64,000 nt of DNA from Thermoguttaceae bacterium (GCA_017408405.1 JAFQUP010000118.1:12687-76686); one strand, 5' to 3'; shown: positions 28,493 through 37,660, counted from the stretch's first letter. Notes: generated by a model not told the origin, from the letters alone. Made by a program: numbers and translations.

Positions 28493-29236
28493 TCATTTCA
28501 ACTCTCCCTTTCCCATATTGCTGTTTATTGCGCGAATCAGCACAAGAAAAGTAACGATCTGCGCCAGCTGAAAAATCTTCCGAAGCCAATAAAGAACAGC
28601 GAATGAATCCTCTTTTCCTAAAAGATCCAACTCGCGAAGCGTAAGACTTCCGACACCCTCCGCCAAATTGTGGAAAACCTGAAGAATCAAAGGCAGAAAA
28701 AGGAGAAAAAACAGCCACTTTACCCAAAAAAGACCAACACTGCTTTCAAGACGCAAGGCACAGCAAAAAAGGAAGACAAGTAAAACAAACGGAAAAAACC
28801 AACTGCTAAAAAAGTAATTAACAGAAAAAAGAAAATCCACCGCCGTCACGGTCCCAAATTGATTGCTCAAACAGACAATAAGACAAAGCAAACCAAAAAT
28901 CAAAGTTTGAAGTATTCTGATGAAAAACGGCAGCTTTCCAATAATTGCCAGCCGTTTTCCCAAAATTTTGGATGACCGAAAAAAAAGCCAAAGCGCGTAA
29001 AATGCCGCAAACTGAAAAAGCCAGGAAAGAAAACAAGTCAAGAAGAGCAAAACAGATTCCAGCCCCTCCAAACCGTTCTGAAAATCACAGGAAGGAATTT
29101 CCGATTGAAAAACCGGTAAAAGCGTCCAAATTGTCATCGTCAAAATAAGCAGCCACACGTAAACGCGAAATCCCAATCGCAAACGGCATAAAGACTCAAA
29201 ATCCGATTTTGAAAAAATCTCTTTTTTCTGGCTCAT
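28493..29236 (-). CDS. polytopic membrane protein, unknown family
   Basis: 247-aa ORF with several hydrophobic helices and GGGAGGA upstream of the ATG. It lies 33 nt downstream of the thioesterase gene. Confidence 0.7.
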   Translation of the reverse strand: MSQKKEIFSKSDFESLCRLRLGFRVYVWLLILTMTIWTLLPVFQSEIPSCDFQNGLEGLESVLLFLTCFLSWLFQFAAFYALWLFFRSSKILGKRLAIIGKLPFFIRILQTLIFGLLCLIVCLSNQFGTVTAVDFLFSVNYFFSSWFFPFVLLVFLFCCALRLESSVGLFWVKWLFFLLFLPLILQVFHNLAEGVGSLTLRELDLLGKEDSFAVLYWLRKIFQLAQIVTFLVLIRAINSNMGKGELK

Positions 29237-29269
29237 GAAATTCCTCCCGGAAACACAAAATCCAAAACG

Positions 29270-29734
29270 TCAAACTCCAAAAGTCCTTTCACTCTTTTCA
29301 TGAAATTCCTCCGGAAGACTCTCACTCAGCTGAATAAAGCATTCAAGCAAATCTTCCGGCGCGCGATGCGGACGGCCCGTTTTCAAATCAACCAATCCCC
29401 AGCGAGTTTGAGCGGAAGCGAGAATCTGCCCGTCTGATTTCCTGCGAATTCGATATTTTCGCGTACTGCTGACGTGCTTCATGTCCGCGACCCACGTATC
29501 GATAATGATCGTGTCCCCTTCAAAAATCTGCTGAAGATAATTAATCGTGTGCTGACGCACAAACCACGCGAACCCTCGTTCCACGTAACGCGCCATGTCC
29601 CAGCCATTCAGTGCGGAATGGCGAACAGCAACCTCCTGCATCCAGTGAATGTGCCACGTATTATTGACGTGATTCATCTCATCCAAATGTTCCGGACCAA
29701 TGACTATTTCCTCAGAATAAACCGGAATAACCAT
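29270..29734 (-). CDS. acyl-CoA thioesterase (4HBT / YbgC-like hotdog fold)
   Basis: Contains HLDEMNHVNNTWHIHWMQE. The start is moved from the GTG at 29740 to the ATG at 29734, which has better spacing to GGAGG. Confidence 0.85.
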   Translation of the reverse strand: MVIPVYSEEIVIGPEHLDEMNHVNNTWHIHWMQEVAVRHSALNGWDMARYVERGFAWFVRQHTINYLQQIFEGDTIIIDTWVADMKHVSSTRKYRIRRKSDGQILASAQTRWGLVDLKTGRPHRAPEDLLECFIQLSESLPEEFHEKSERTFGV

Positions 29735-29894
29735 ACTCACCCCTCCTTTCTGATACCCAGAATAAACTTAAGAAACTACCCCCAAAACGTTTTTCCGAAA
29801 AAAACGGTTTATGGAAGTTCCTTTCAACAAAGGGTCATTTTAGCAAATTTTCTGATTTCGTAAATCCCCCCTTCCCCGCTCCATACTCATCACC

Positions 29895-29920
29895 AAAAAA
29901 GGCCCCGCTTTCACGGGGCC
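29895..29920 (-). terminator. intrinsic terminator after the hydrolase fusion gene
   Basis: On the minus strand, a GGCCCCG / CGGGGCC stem followed by T6. Confidence 0.7.
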
Positions 29921-29929
29921 TGAAACCTC

Positions 29930-31897
29930 CTACTTCAGAAAAAAATCCAGTGCCATTGGAAGTGAATCTTTCCAGTATTTCCAATTATGCGCGCCGTCGC
30001 GAACCCGCAATTCGTGCGGAATACCATACTTAAGCATTTCCAGGTGAAGCAGAAGAGAACCGCTGACAAGATGGTCATCATCGCCGCAGTCAATAAATAT
30101 CCGAACAGCGCGTTTCCGCTCCTCTGGAACTTTCGAAACCATGGTCAAAATATCATGTTCAAGAAAAAATGGAGTCAAACGAAGCTCTCCCTCCTGATGA
30201 TTCGGCCTGACGCACGTCCGATAAAGCTTCAGAAACTCTTCTTCCGGCATCGAACACACGAAATCGTGCGGACGTATGGAAGGACTCATCGCAAAACAGG
30301 TCCCAAACAGATCCGGATGCCGCAGCGCGTAAAGGAGTGACCCGTACCCGCCGCGGGAAAGACCGGAAACCGCGCGATCTTCCCGCCCCTTTCGACAGCG
30401 GAAACGCGATTCCACATACGGAATCAATTCCTTAATAAAGTATTCTTCATACCGGTTTTTACCCTCAAAATCATTACGCCATCGACCATCTTCGCAATAC
30501 GGCATGACGATGATCGCTTTCCGCGCTCTGTCTTTGAACCAATCGTCCGCGATTCGTTTCAAATCTCCTTTCCGGAGCCATGCGTCACCAACGTCTCCGC
30601 CGCCGTGGAGAAGGTAAAGAACCGGATAATCAAAACCGCCCGTGAGATAACCATTCGGAAGATAAACATTGAATGTCATGTCCCGGCCAAGAATTTCGCT
30701 CTGGAAATGGAGATTCTCCAACACAAGACTTCGGGACTGACCATCTTTGACCGGCAGGGAAACTGAAACCTTTTTAAGCTCCTCAACCGCTGCCGGATCC
30801 TCTGGAAGTACCTCATTCCGGAAGGCGGGAAGAAGTTCCTCAAAAAGAATATTCAGAATCTGCTGGTAACCATTGGAATCTGACGTCATCGCCACGACCG
30901 CATCCTGATCAGGAAACGCGACCATGAATTGACTGAACATTCCGTCGCCGCGGTAAACATTGAATCGGCAACGCCAAAACTGAAAACCGTACCCTTGCGC
31001 CCAGTCGCTGTTCGGATCTGCCCCATTCGAGACATGCTTCGCGGTCGCTTCGTCAAACCATTCCGGCGGCAAAAGCGGCTTTCCATTCCATTCTCCGCGC
31101 TGAAGGCAGAATTGGCCAAACTTCGCGATGTCTTCCGTACGCAGGAAAAGACCTGTCCCCCCCTTGGAAAAACCATTAGGAGAAGATTCCCAATAAGGAG
31201 TTTCTATCTTAAGCGGCTCAAACAGACGCGGAACCAGATAATCGCGAATGGTCTCACCTACCGCGTTCTGAACGGCCGCGGAAACCATGAACGTCCCCGC
31301 CGTATTATACCGGAAAAAAGTTCCCGGCTCATGCTTGAACGGATGATTCAGGAAAGTCTGCTGCCAACTCTCGCCTTCCGGCTTGGAAAAATCAAGAGGA
31401 AAAAGCCCCTGAAGCGCTGGTTCGGTCTCATGCCCGCAAGACATCGTAAGCAAATCGCGCAATCGGGCCTTTTTCAAATACTCATATTTATTCGCCGGAG
31501 TCGGATTCGCGAAATCTGCCGGAAGCTCGTTCGCGAAAAGATCGGTAAGTTTCGCGTCAAGGGCAAGTTTCCCCTCCGCGACAGCAAACCCGGCCGCCGT
31601 CGAAGCGAAACTTTTGCTCAGCGAATAGCACGCGTGCGTCGTTTCCGGAGAGTGCGGCGGCCACCAGGCTTCCGCGACCACTTTGCCATGACGCAAGACC
31701 ATGATGCTGTTCGGTGCCGTCACTTCCGCATTCAAACGATGAATCAGCCGGGTCAGTACGCGTGAGGAAATTCCCTGCGATTCCGCGGAAGCACGCGGCA
31801 GCTTGCCATTCTCATCAAGATTTTGCGAAAATACCCGCGCAGACACAAGAAACAGAACAAAAAAAAGAAACGATATGGTGAGAATTCTCTTTGCCAT
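29930..31897 (-). CDS. secreted beta-lactamase-family serine hydrolase fused to an esterase-D-like alpha/beta hydrolase
   Basis: Signal peptide. YSLSKSF (SxxK) in the N-terminal half. YPVLYLLHGGGD and GLSRGGYGS (GxSxG) in the C-terminal half. Confidence 0.85.
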   Translation of the reverse strand: MAKRILTISFLFFVLFLVSARVFSQNLDENGKLPRASAESQGISSRVLTRLIHRLNAEVTAPNSIMVLRHGKVVAEAWWPPHSPETTHACYSLSKSFASTAAGFAVAEGKLALDAKLTDLFANELPADFANPTPANKYEYLKKARLRDLLTMSCGHETEPALQGLFPLDFSKPEGESWQQTFLNHPFKHEPGTFFRYNTAGTFMVSAAVQNAVGETIRDYLVPRLFEPLKIETPYWESSPNGFSKGGTGLFLRTEDIAKFGQFCLQRGEWNGKPLLPPEWFDEATAKHVSNGADPNSDWAQGYGFQFWRCRFNVYRGDGMFSQFMVAFPDQDAVVAMTSDSNGYQQILNILFEELLPAFRNEVLPEDPAAVEELKKVSVSLPVKDGQSRSLVLENLHFQSEILGRDMTFNVYLPNGYLTGGFDYPVLYLLHGGGDVGDAWLRKGDLKRIADDWFKDRARKAIIVMPYCEDGRWRNDFEGKNRYEEYFIKELIPYVESRFRCRKGREDRAVSGLSRGGYGSLLYALRHPDLFGTCFAMSPSIRPHDFVCSMPEEEFLKLYRTCVRPNHQEGELRLTPFFLEHDILTMVSKVPEERKRAVRIFIDCGDDDHLVSGSLLLHLEMLKYGIPHELRVRDGAHNWKYWKDSLPMALDFFLK

Positions 31898-32031
31898 AAA
31901 ACACTTCCTGAATAATTACCAAGAGGAAAAAATACTGCCCCAAATTAAAAGCCAACAAGACCTTCCCAAAATCACTTCCCCGCAAAAAACTGGAAATTGG
32001 CTTTTGGAAAGTTCACTGAGGACTCCAATTT

Positions 32032-32065
32032 ATCATAAATGATTCAGAATAAAATTTCAAGGGGG
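32032..32065 (-). promoter_or_regulatory. sigma-70-type promoter candidate for 29930-31897, with an abutting C5 tract
   Basis: Minus strand reads CCCCC-TTGAAA (plus-strand coordinates 32055-32065), 17-nt spacer, TATGAT (32032-32037). Confidence 0.5.
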
Positions 32066-32296
32066 AGAGATAAAACATTTGGAAAATGAAACTCTGAAAT
32101 CTTTTTTTACGCCTGGCTGAGATTTGGCCAAACGTCAAAAAAAGAGAGAACCTTTTTCCACCCCCCAAAATAAACTTCTCCAAATCCAATTTAATTCTCA
32201 AATTCTTGACTCGAAAGTATTTTCACAAATCCTCAAAATTCCTATGAACAAAAAAATACAAAAAATTAGAAATTTCAGAATATTCCAAATAATCAT

Positions 32297-32324
32297 TAAG
32301 GTTTACGCATTTTAATCCCGATAA
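32297..32324 (+). promoter_or_regulatory. sigma-28 (FliA)-like promoter candidate
   Basis: TAAGGTTT, 12 nt, CCCGATAA, compared with the consensus TAAAGTTT-N11-GCCGATAA. It lies 76 nt upstream of the ATG at 32401. Confidence 0.35.
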
Positions 32325-32400
32325 CTCCAAAAGTCCAATAAAAGGGACCCAGCATCACGAATTTCTTGAGCCCAAACTCAATTTAGAAAAGGAGACGGTC

Positions 32401-35054
32401 ATGAACCGACATCCACACGTAAATACGGCAAAATCAAAAATTTTGACCTTAAGCACGTTCCTGATGGGATTTTGCGCGCTTTTGACACTCGTTTTTTGTT
32501 CCTGCCAGGGACCATGCGGCATTCGCTCCCAGGTTTCCTGCCAGGTTTCCGCGCCATGCCCAACTAAAGTTTCGTGTCAGCCTGTCTCGCCGTGTTCAAA
32601 TCCCCAGTGTCAGTCATGCCAGACACAAAATCCATGCCAATCCCGGATTTCATGCCCTGCCGCGGGACCATGCCAGACAAAAGTTCCGTGTCATGGGATT
32701 CCGGCACCATGCCGGCCGCGAATCACTCCCGCGTGCGGTCTGACTCCTGTCAGTAAAGCTGCGTGCGCTGCTCCATCCGCTCTCCCGTGCCGTAATCCGG
32801 CCTGCCCGACCTGCTCCGTTCATAGCGGAAACGTTTCCAGCTGCACTCCCATTCACGTCTCAAATCCATCACTCACGAAAGAGCCCCACTGGAATGATCC
32901 GCAGATCCCGGCCCAGACTTCAGAACCGACTCCGGCTCCGGATGTCGTTCCGTCCGACAATGAAATCCCGGTCTCTCCCGAGGCTCCTGCGGTTGAAGAA
33001 GAATTTACGGAAGAAAATGCCATTCCGGAAGATTCCTCACCACTTCCAGTTGAGGAAATCTCCCCTGAAATAAATGAAAATGAAACGGCTCCTGAAATCC
33101 TCGAAGCGGAGGAAATTTCACCCGAACCTGCCCCTGCCCCCAGCCAGGAAAAAGACACGGCCCCTGAAAAAAATCAGGAGGACGAGCCGCTCGAAGAACT
33201 TCCTGCCGTGGATGAATTGGCAATCCCGGAAGAAATCTCCGCTCCCAAGCAGGTCGAAGATACGATCGAAGAGATGATGGCTCCGCTGGTACCGACAGAA
33301 TCTGGCGTTCGAGTTCTGGAAGCTCCCGGAGCTTCCGAGCTGGATCTTCAGCCTGAAATTACGCCGAAAGAAAATCTGCCGCAACCCCAGCAAAAGAAAC
33401 CCGCTCTGCCGGAGCAGGCTCCCCAAACGCGAAAAAAACCGGCAAAAGCAGAAGAAGATCCCTCGGAACTACCAGAACTTCCGACTCTTGAGGAAAATGA
33501 GGAAAACGAGGAAAACGAGGAAGACTCTTCTCTGCCCAATGAACTCCTGCTTCCGGAATCACTTGAGTCTTCCGACATTTCCGGCGCGACAGGAGAACAG
33601 GCTGGAAAACCGGTTCGGCATCAGAGTCCGCTCAAAAAAGCATTGAAGCCCCAGGCTTCCGCCAGCACCCCCTCAAGCGTGCTTTTCATGGATAAACCGT
33701 ATGGACTTCATAAAAAATTCCTGGAAACGGGAAAACATTTCACTGTTAATGAAGGTCCAATGAACATCACCGTGGAAACGATCCTTCGTTCGACGAATTT
33801 CAGTGAACTTTCCTCCCGTCAGTCCGAAAACAGTCCGAGCCTTCGTACCGTTTCCGATTCAAAAGTTCATTTCGCGGCAGACTGCGTGAATGCCTCCGAA
33901 AAGGCCTCCAATTCCGTTTCCAGCGCGAACGACATCTCTTTCGCGGTCGTGACGTTACCCTTCACCCAATCAGCCCAGGAAAATCCGATCAGACTGACGG
34001 CGGCGGAGGAACCGGCTGCCGTACCGACTCCCGCGCCAGCCATGATGGACCTGGAAGCTATCGAAAAACGCCTTTCCGCCCCGGAACGTCCTTCATTCGC
34101 CCAGCCTGCCGACGAATATATTATTGACACGAAAAAGAGTGCCCAGAAAATCGACATTCCCAATCCGCAAAAAATCAAGGTAGGCGGTCAGGAAATGGAT
34201 GACAACTGGCAAACTCAAATTGGGGAACAAACCGGAACTTTCATTTACTTCAATAACGGCGAGGGACGTGCCACAATCCAAAGTCCGGATCCCGTCTACA
34301 TTTACGCGCCGCGTTTTCGCGCGGTACGTCAGGTCGTGGATCTGAATATTGACGAACAGGTTTTAAGTACGGGCGACCTCTATACTCCAACGGAAGTCAG
34401 TATTCAGGGACAGAATCTTGAAACCAGCACGACAAAGCAAAATATTCAGACTCGGACGGAAATGGGCAAAGACGTCATGATTCAGGCGCAAACATCAGCC
34501 GGAACAGGACAAATGGACGGCATTACCGCGCCTCAAATTCAGGCGCAGGAAGCTGTTATCGCGCAGGAAAACCGTTCCGTGATTGGACCGAACGTTTCGG
34601 AAGGAAAAACCCGCGCCTGGTCAGCTGACGGCACGATTTTCGTCAACGCCTGGACCGCCAATGAAGAACTGCGTGTTTTCATTGAAAAAGAAAGTGCCAG
34701 CGTTTCCGTTCAGAATATGGGCATTCCCTCACTCTATACCGTGAAAGAGGGAACGCACAAACAGAACATTCGAATCGCCAAGGTGGCCTCAACGACTTCC
34801 GCCAAACCGGTGAAACCATCGATTTCATTATTTACTTTGAAAATACGGGAAAAACGCCGGTTGGAAACATTACCCTGGTTGATAATCTTCCCGCTCGGCT
34901 GGAAATCGTGGAGGATTCCGCTGAAAGCAGCGTGGATTCCTCATTCACCTATGAAATTAACGGCTCCGGTTCTCAAACACTCCGCTGGGAAATTACCCAG
35001 CCGCTTTACGCGGGTGAAAAAGGGGCCGTAAAATTTAAGGCGCTGGTCCGCTAA
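32401..35054 (+). CDS. Cys/Pro-rich envelope protein with acidic linker and C-terminal DUF11-type domain; frame broken near 34791
   Basis: AAGGAG ribosome-binding site and a hydrophobic N-terminus. About 20 Cys fall within 110 residues. The track frame ends in nonsense at 35031. The -1 frame reads NDFRQTGETIDFIIYFENTGKTPVGNITLVDNLPARLEIVEDS...KFKALVR and stops at 35052-35054. Confidence 0.85.
33490..33525 (+). repeat. in-frame 9-bp tandem repeat (GAGGAAAAY x4) encoding EENEENEENEED
   Basis: Read directly from the sequence: gaggaaaat gaggaaaac gaggaaaac gaggaagac. Confidence 0.8.
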
Positions 35055-35099
35055 AAAAACGCCTCAAAAAATCATTTTCAGAAAAATATGTTCCATCAA

Positions 35100-35133
35100 G
35101 AGTCCTGTTTTCCAGGACTCTTTTTCTTTTTTT
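35100..35133 (+). terminator. intrinsic terminator after the envelope-protein gene
   Basis: GAGTCCTG / CAGGACTC stem followed by a T-rich run (TTTTTCTTTTTTT). Confidence 0.75.
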
Positions 35134-35155
35134 CTCAAAATCTATCTTGTGCCGG

Positions 35156-35184
35156 TTGACAAACGCAAACCATTCAGGTAAAAT
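35156..35184 (+). promoter_or_regulatory. sigma-70-type promoter of the DUF1080 gene
   Basis: TTGACA 35156-35161, 17-nt spacer, TAAAAT 35179-35184. Confidence 0.55.
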
Positions 35185-35256
35185 CATTGATTATCATTTG
35201 ACTCCCTGCCAGCCGCAGGATTTCTTCCCCCAAAAGTCTTCCATGGAGATCCATTT

Positions 35257-36108
35257 ATGAAAAAAATATCACTCGCCGAAATAATCCGAACAGGAGCTTT
35301 TTTAGTCGCTGGTACTGCCTCTTTTTTATTCACTGACTCAATCCTCGCTTCCGACCCTGCCCCCACCCCCGTTACGGAAGCAAGAGAACTTTTCAACGGC
35401 AAAGATCTCACCAACTGGTATCGATTCATTAAGGATCAGGGCAAAGAAAATGACCCAACTGGAGTTTTCACCGTTAAGGATGGAAAAATTTGCGTTTCTG
35501 GAGAAAAACTCGGCTGCATTACGACAAACGAAGCCTTTGAGAATTACCGTTTAATCGTTGAATACCGTTTTACCGGAGCCGCTCTGCCGCCGCGTGAAAA
35601 CAAAACCAGAGACTGCGGTATCCTCGTCCACTCCAAAGGTGAAGACGGAGCATGGGGAAAAACCTGGATGTGCTCACTCGAGTGCAATATTATCGAAGGG
35701 GGAACTGGAGACTTTATCGTCGTGGGAAACGGAACGGATGAATTCTCCATTACCGCGAACGTGAAAGAAGAGCGGAGTAAAGCGAATTGCGGTATCTACT
35801 CACCGAATGGAAAACCCCATACGATCAACGGCGGACGCATTGACTGGTGGGGACGCGATCCTGAATGGGCCGATGTGAAAGGTTTCCGCGGCAAACAGGA
35901 CCTCGACAAACCCATCGGAGAATGGAATACTCTCGAAATTATCTGCGACGGCGACACGATCACGAACATCGTCAACGGAGTCGTCGCCAATCGTGCCTAT
36001 GACGTGAAACCAGCCTGCGGAAAGATTCAGATTCAATCTGAATTCGCCGGTTTTGAATTCCGGCGCGTCACCATTCTGCCGCTGGAAAAAAAGACTGACA
36101 AAAAATAA
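35257..36108 (+). CDS. secreted DUF1080 (3-keto-disaccharide hydrolase-like) protein
   Basis: Signal peptide, then LFNGKDLTNWY, the typical DUF1080 opening, and a beta-rich remainder. Confidence 0.88.
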   Translation: MKKISLAEIIRTGAFLVAGTASFLFTDSILASDPAPTPVTEARELFNGKDLTNWYRFIKDQGKENDPTGVFTVKDGKICVSGEKLGCITTNEAFENYRLIVEYRFTGAALPPRENKTRDCGILVHSKGEDGAWGKTWMCSLECNIIEGGTGDFIVVGNGTDEFSITANVKEERSKANCGIYSPNGKPHTINGGRIDWWGRDPEWADVKGFRGKQDLDKPIGEWNTLEIICDGDTITNIVNGVVANRAYDVKPACGKIQIQSEFAGFEFRRVTILPLEKKTDKK

Positions 36109-36303
36109 AAGTCATTCTTTCCAATACGTTTTTTCCAGGAACTTCAACGCTCCGTTTCATCTCCATGCCGGAACGTTCATCCCCAAATGCCTTTTGGGAG
36201 TGAATTGGAAATGAACAAGAATCGCCGTTTACTCTCTGTTCTTCCGCGCGTAAATTCCATCAACGAAGAACTAACCGAAAAAAATTTCTGAAAGTTCCTT
36301 TCA

Positions 36304-36337
36304 CCCCCCTTGACAAAATATGAAATTATGGTATCAT
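36304..36337 (+). promoter_or_regulatory. strong sigma-70-type promoter of tRNA-Gln
   Basis: C6 36304-36309 abuts TTGACA 36310-36315. A 16-nt spacer leads to the extended -10 TGgTATCAT at 36329-36337. The -10 ends 13 nt before the tRNA 5' end. Confidence 0.6.
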
Positions 36338-36350
36338 ACTTTTCATACTT

Positions 36351-36421
36351 AGGGGAATCGTGTAATGGCAGCACAAATGATTCTGGTTCATTTAGTTGGG
36401 GTTCGAGTCCCTATTCCCCTG
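36351..36421 (+). tRNA. tRNA-Gln (anticodon CTG), no encoded CCA
   Basis: Hand-folded cloverleaf. The acceptor pairs AGGGGAA with TTCCCCT and the D stem pairs GTGT with GCAC. The anticodon stem pairs AATGA with TCATT, with loop TTCTGGT. The T arm pairs TGGGG with CCCTA around a TTCGAGT loop. The discriminator is G. Confidence 0.9.
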
Positions 36422-36427
36422 CTTAAG

Positions 36428-36454
36428 CCGTGTTTTGGACACGGTTTTTTCTTT
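36428..36454 (+). terminator. intrinsic terminator after tRNA-Gln
   Basis: CCGTGT / ACACGG stem followed by TTTTTTCTTTT. Confidence 0.75.
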
Positions 36455-36617
36455 TAAAGGACCTTTTAAAAATAACTTTCACAAGATAAAAACACACCAT
36501 TTTCACGATTCCATAACAAATCGTTCTCAACTCAAAAAACAAGCCGAATCCGGTTTATTCCCGAATTCGGTTAACGTAATTCGACGCTTGGGTTCAGTAA
36601 ATTACGGATTCATGAGA

Positions 36618-37550
36618 TCATTCTTTCACGACATCTTTCAGCGCGGCGGCAAGTCCCGCGATACCCTGAATCTGGCTCGGAATGATGAGTTTCGTCGCTT
36701 TGCCATCCGCGGCCTTGGCAAACGCTTCGAGAGATTTAATCGTCAAAACTTCCTGCGTTGGCGCGGCTTCGTTCAACATTTTAATACTGTCCGCCAAAGC
36801 CTGCTGAACTGAAAGAATCGCTTCCGCTTCACCGGCAGCCTCAAGGATCTGCTTTTCTTTTTCAGCCTGCGCTTTCAAAATCGCCTGCTCTTTTTCCGCT
36901 TCAGCCCGGAGAATCTGCGCCTGTTTTTCACCTTCCGCAATCAAAATCTCGCTCTTTTTGCGCCCTTCCGCCTGGAGAATGGCTTCACGGCGTTCCCGTT
37001 CTGCTTTCATCTGCTTTTCCATGGCATCCTGAATTGCCGGCGGCGGCAGAATGTTTTTCAGCTCAACCCGGTTCACTTTAATTCCCCATTTGTCGGACGC
37101 TTCATCCAAAATTCGGGTAATCTTGGCGTTAATGCTGTCACGCGATGTGAGCGTTCCATCCAAATCCATCTCGCCAATAATATTTCTCAAAGTCGTGGCG
37201 GTTAGCTGCTGAATCGCGAGAATCGGCCGACTCGCTCCGTACGTAAACAATTTCGCGTCCGTAACCTGAAAGAAAACGACTGAATCAACCTGAATCGTGA
37301 CGTTATCCTTCGTAATGACCGGCTGCGGAGGATAATCCAAAACATCTTCCTTCAAAGACACCTTGTTCACGACGGAATCAATGAACGGCACCAAAAGATG
37401 AAGCCCGGCCCCCAGCGACGTTCGATAACTGCCAAGCCTTTCAACGACATAAACCTGCGTTTGCGGCACAATCCGAATATAGTATGAAAGAAAAACTATG
37501 ATCGCAATGGCAAAAACAACAATAACGCCAATAATGATTTGAGTCGTCAT
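36618..37550 (-). CDS. SPFH/Band 7 (stomatin-like) membrane protein
   Basis: N-terminal TM helix, then IVPQTQVYVVERLGSY, DNVTIQVDSVVFFQV and a coiled-coil tail. The start is moved from the TTG at 37556 to the ATG at 37550 (GGAGG 9 nt upstream). Confidence 0.92.
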   Translation of the reverse strand: MTTQIIIGVIVVFAIAIIVFLSYYIRIVPQTQVYVVERLGSYRTSLGAGLHLLVPFIDSVVNKVSLKEDVLDYPPQPVITKDNVTIQVDSVVFFQVTDAKLFTYGASRPILAIQQLTATTLRNIIGEMDLDGTLTSRDSINAKITRILDEASDKWGIKVNRVELKNILPPPAIQDAMEKQMKAERERREAILQAEGRKKSEILIAEGEKQAQILRAEAEKEQAILKAQAEKEKQILEAAGEAEAILSVQQALADSIKMLNEAAPTQEVLTIKSLEAFAKAADGKATKLIIPSQIQGIAGLAAALKDVVKE

Positions 37551-37660
37551 ACTCAAGTTCCTCCCCTGGAATTAAAGTTTATGTTAATGTTTCTTAAGGG
37601 ACCTTTCCCAAACGGTCTTTCAATGGAAACTCGTTTTGGGAAATTCCCTAAAACTTGCTT

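Noticed and set aside
24646-31765. Long opposite-strand ORFs at 24646-25431, 25927-26736, 27085-28047 and 30929-31765
   Set aside because: Each lies inside a gene with clear family motifs and a ribosome-binding site on the other strand. Their products are basic and low-complexity.
36351-36421. tRNA-Gln as an integration hotspot for a genomic island
   Set aside because: I found no integrase, no direct repeat of the tRNA 3' end, and no mobile genes on either side. The tRNA has its own promoter and terminator.
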